A stretch of DNA of 33,271 nucleotides from Chiloscyllium plagiosum (Eukaryota), in contig NC_057718.1 in assembly GCF_004010195.1 (NCBI RefSeq), positions 44,532,005 to 44,565,275 on the forward strand, given 5' to 3'. Made by a program: the position numbers and the translations under genes. The notes beneath the pieces were generated by a model. The model searched no databases and was not told the origin of the DNA. It saw only the letters and a program-made list of their open reading frames with translations. This document shows, one piece after another, positions 32,990-33,271 of this stretch. Positions within the stretch are counted from its first letter, which is position 1; each line of letters opens with the position of its first letter.

Positions 32990-33271
32990 ACATAGAACAT
33001 ACAACATAGAAGAATACAGCGCAGTACAGGCCCTTTGGCCCTCGATGTTGCGCCGATCCAAGCCCACCTACCCTACACTAGCCCACTATCCTCCATATGC
33101 CTATCCAATGCCCGCTTAAATGCCCATAAAGAGGGAGAGTCCACCACTGCTACTGCCAGGGCATTCCATGAACTCACGACTCGCTGAGAAAAGAACTTAC
33201 CCCTAACATCTGTCCTATACCTACCACCCCTTAATTTAAAGCTATGCCCCCCCGTAATAGCTGACTCCATA
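32990..33271 (-). mobile_element. Young CR1 3' end (continues off-window)
   Basis: ITGGHSFKLRGGRYRTDVRGKFFSQRVVSSWNAL..FKRALDRHM with native stop. Tail acatagaacatacaacataga. Confidence 0.93.

Overview
Eukaryotic, AT-rich, retroelement-dense non-coding DNA, most likely intronic or intergenic sequence from a shark (cartilaginous fish). The taxon is inferred from HE1-type V-SINEs, their CR1/HER1-type partner LINEs and SacSINE1-like Deu-SINE remnants. I recognise no intact host gene, and most of the interpretable ORFs in the track are broken pieces of LINE ORF2 or antisense/SINE read-throughs. The window holds about 16 decayed or nested CR1-clade fragments, an RTE-clade LINE relic, three HE1 SINEs, other tRNA-SINEs and a 24-bp minisatellite. 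Three signals stand out. (1) Seven short Penelope-like (PLE) inserts, five flanked by clear target-site duplications; six carry a minimal type-I hammerhead ribozyme fold (CUGANGA / stem II / GAAA / NUH) whose stems vary in sequence but keep pairing. (2) At 1-773, a young rearranged CR1: a fold-back palindrome formed at a native mini-hairpin, joined directly to tandem 218-bp CpG-rich promoter-like monomers. (3) A weakly supported + strand chain of exon-like islands, including a 351-nt symmetric exon with a single TGA in a Cys-rich context. Family names come from pattern recognition, not database searches.
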